A stretch of DNA of 64,000 nt, from positions 800,001 through 864,000 of the forward strand of contig OY969100.1 of NCBI GenBank assembly GCA_963697895.1. Direction: 5' to 3'. The stretch comes from an uncultured Methanomicrobiales archaeon (lineage in GTDB: Archaea; Halobacteriota; Methanomicrobia; Methanomicrobiales; Methanospirillaceae). A program made the position numbers and the translations under genes. This document shows positions 62,563-64,000 of the stretch, piece after piece; positions within the stretch are counted from its first letter, which is position 1; each line of letters opens with the position of its first letter. The notes under the pieces are model-generated. The model made no database searches, was not told where the DNA came from, and was given only the letters and a program-made list of their open reading frames with translations.

Positions 62563-62817
62563 ATTCCGCTTTATTGCATCATCCAACTGTTCCGGATGCA
62601 CGACCCCTTCAAAGCGCTCCTTAACGCTCCCGTCCCTGATCACCAGGGTGGTCGGTGTCACTTTTAACTGGAATTCCTTGATATAATGGGGATTTTTAAC
62701 CGCATCGATCTCCTCGATTGTAATTCCAAGCTTCTTCTCCACCTCGCGGTTGATCGGTTCCTGTTCCGTGCACGCCATGCATCCTTCCTGGATAAAGCTG
62801 ATAACCCGAACTGGCAT
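62557..62817 (-). CDS. Thioredoxin-family protein
   Basis: CMAC active site, VTPT cis-Pro loop, RFEGV. Confidence 0.85.
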   Translation of the reverse strand: MPVRVISFIQEGCMACTEQEPINREVEKKLGITIEEIDAVKNPHYIKEFQLKVTPTTLVIRDGSVKERFEGVVHPEQLDDAIKRNL

Positions 62818-62865
62818 ACGAAAAAAAAAGGTGGATGGCCTATAAATATTCTCTGGTTTTTTGTA

Positions 62866-63567
62866 TTATTTTGAATTAATCTGTTCGAGGATAATCTCGG
62901 CATTCGAATAACCGAAACTGAGATTTACGCCTTCCGGATCCTTTTCGGTAATAGTGGCGATTCGGGATATATAGAGATCCGGACTGGTGGTATTATCAAA
63001 GTTTACGACCGGATGCTCGACAAATGCAATGAGGAATGGATCCCCGACCTGATCCCGTGAAATATTACCGCCAATTCCCTCGAACTCCTGTACCGTCATG
63101 CGCCGTTCGTAGGATGCATCGGTTGTGAAAGGCACCGTTTTTGCCTCCCCTTTCTTCATGCCCACAAGGCCTGCACTGATCGACTCTAGTTCCGGTGAGA
63201 AGAGGCCGAACTGCACCTGACCCGTCTGGGGATTATATGCCAGTACCTTAACCACATCCTGTGCGGCCGTGCTGTTGACGCCGACACTCATCTGACCGGT
63301 CAGGAATACGACGTTGCCTTGCTGAACGGTATCGTTGAAGAGCTTCTGGCTGGTTGTGATTATTACATGTCCGTTACTGTCCCTGATGGTGTAATCGATA
63401 ACCGCAGTGTCTCCGGCCACCGCAGGCTTCATCCCGGTGATCCACGAGGTCCCCATCCCCGAGAGAATCATGAAGACCACCAGGACCAGGCCCGCCCCAA
63501 CGACGAGGAGTTTCTTCCATCCGAAGGTTCCGGTCTTCTTCGGTATAGATTTTTTCTGTGCTTTCAT
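62866..63567 (-). CDS. Membrane-anchored FKBP-like protein
   Basis: N-terminal TM; GDTAVIDYT and GLVGMKKGE FKBP-fold remnants. Confidence 0.7.
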   Translation of the reverse strand: MKAQKKSIPKKTGTFGWKKLLVVGAGLVLVVFMILSGMGTSWITGMKPAVAGDTAVIDYTIRDSNGHVIITTSQKLFNDTVQQGNVVFLTGQMSVGVNSTAAQDVVKVLAYNPQTGQVQFGLFSPELESISAGLVGMKKGEAKTVPFTTDASYERRMTVQEFEGIGGNISRDQVGDPFLIAFVEHPVVNFDNTTSPDLYISRIATITEKDPEGVNLSFGYSNAEIILEQINSK

Positions 63568-64000
63568 CTGTTAGTATCATCTCCGTTCAATTGAGATAAA
63601 CATTACAATGGTACATCATGCAGAGCCGGCCCCGGCGAGGTCCATCCTCTGCCGAAATGCAGAGATTGTTCTTAGCAGATATTCCAAATATCATTGCGTA
63701 TAGGATTCCGTGAGCCTGCAGTAATTAGGATATTTCTCTGGTTTAAAACCGGAGTCAGCGGTAAAAACCGGTATCGATTCATACAGGTATATCAAGTCGC
63801 CGGGAATTCGATTAACCCATATTTCTCGCAAAAACCCGACATTTACAGAGTCTGAGGTGTTCGGGCACGGTATGTCTTTCCTGATGCGCCGATGGCTTCA
63901 TCTGGTTTCCAATATAAGGTTCTTCTGCAATGGACAAAAAAAAGGTCAGGGATTACATGACCTACGATGTCGTCACGGTCGATGTTCATGGGACGACCAG

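Noticed and set aside
63936-64000. Possible 3' end of a minus-strand gene (GRPMNIDRDDIVG...) followed by a T8 tract
   Set aside because: Too short to identify; frame and stop are ambiguous
1-64000. CRISPR arrays, IS elements, proviral genes, inteins
   Set aside because: No regularly spaced repeats, transposase/integrase motifs or intein-sized insertions in polB, PolB2 or topA were seen

Overview
Chromosomal window from a methanogenic archaeon, most likely Methanomicrobiales (Methanoregula/Methanolinea-like). This assignment is inferred from the gene content: echABCDEF, SepCysS, GGGP synthase, an archaeal ribosomal/SRP superoperon and the DUF2150/DUF5814/DUF2769 families. Left to right: the Ech hydrogenase operon; RDD and Zn-finger small genes; ilvD; a decayed VOC gene; mdh-polB-cbiA; pyrD-pyrK; the formate channel fdhC; a small gene plus pscS; thiI; a redoxin/CcdA module; tRNA-Leu(TAA); asnB-like-gatCAB-topA-GGGPS-trmJ-dcd-thrS; an accessory block (ProDH, N-formylglutamate amidohydrolase, malic enzyme, YbhB, a three-gene PolB2 cassette, a DUF2769-glutamate-synthase-like fusion); the long minus-strand rnp4...hemK translation/secretion superoperon; purN; a CBS-domain membrane protein; xseAB; and several small genes. 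I saw no CRISPR array, IS element or integrase. The best candidate system is the ImuABC-like cassette: a RecA-fold-like accessory protein ending in a PIP-box, a 79-aa protein and a proofreading-less PolB2, preceded by a cluster of GTTC repeats. Four housekeeping genes (polB, fdhC, thiI, gatA) each carry a single +1 frameshift in or beside an AGCT/GTAC motif. These are probably modification-linked sequencing errors rather than biology. All family assignments come from motif recognition by eye; no searches were run.
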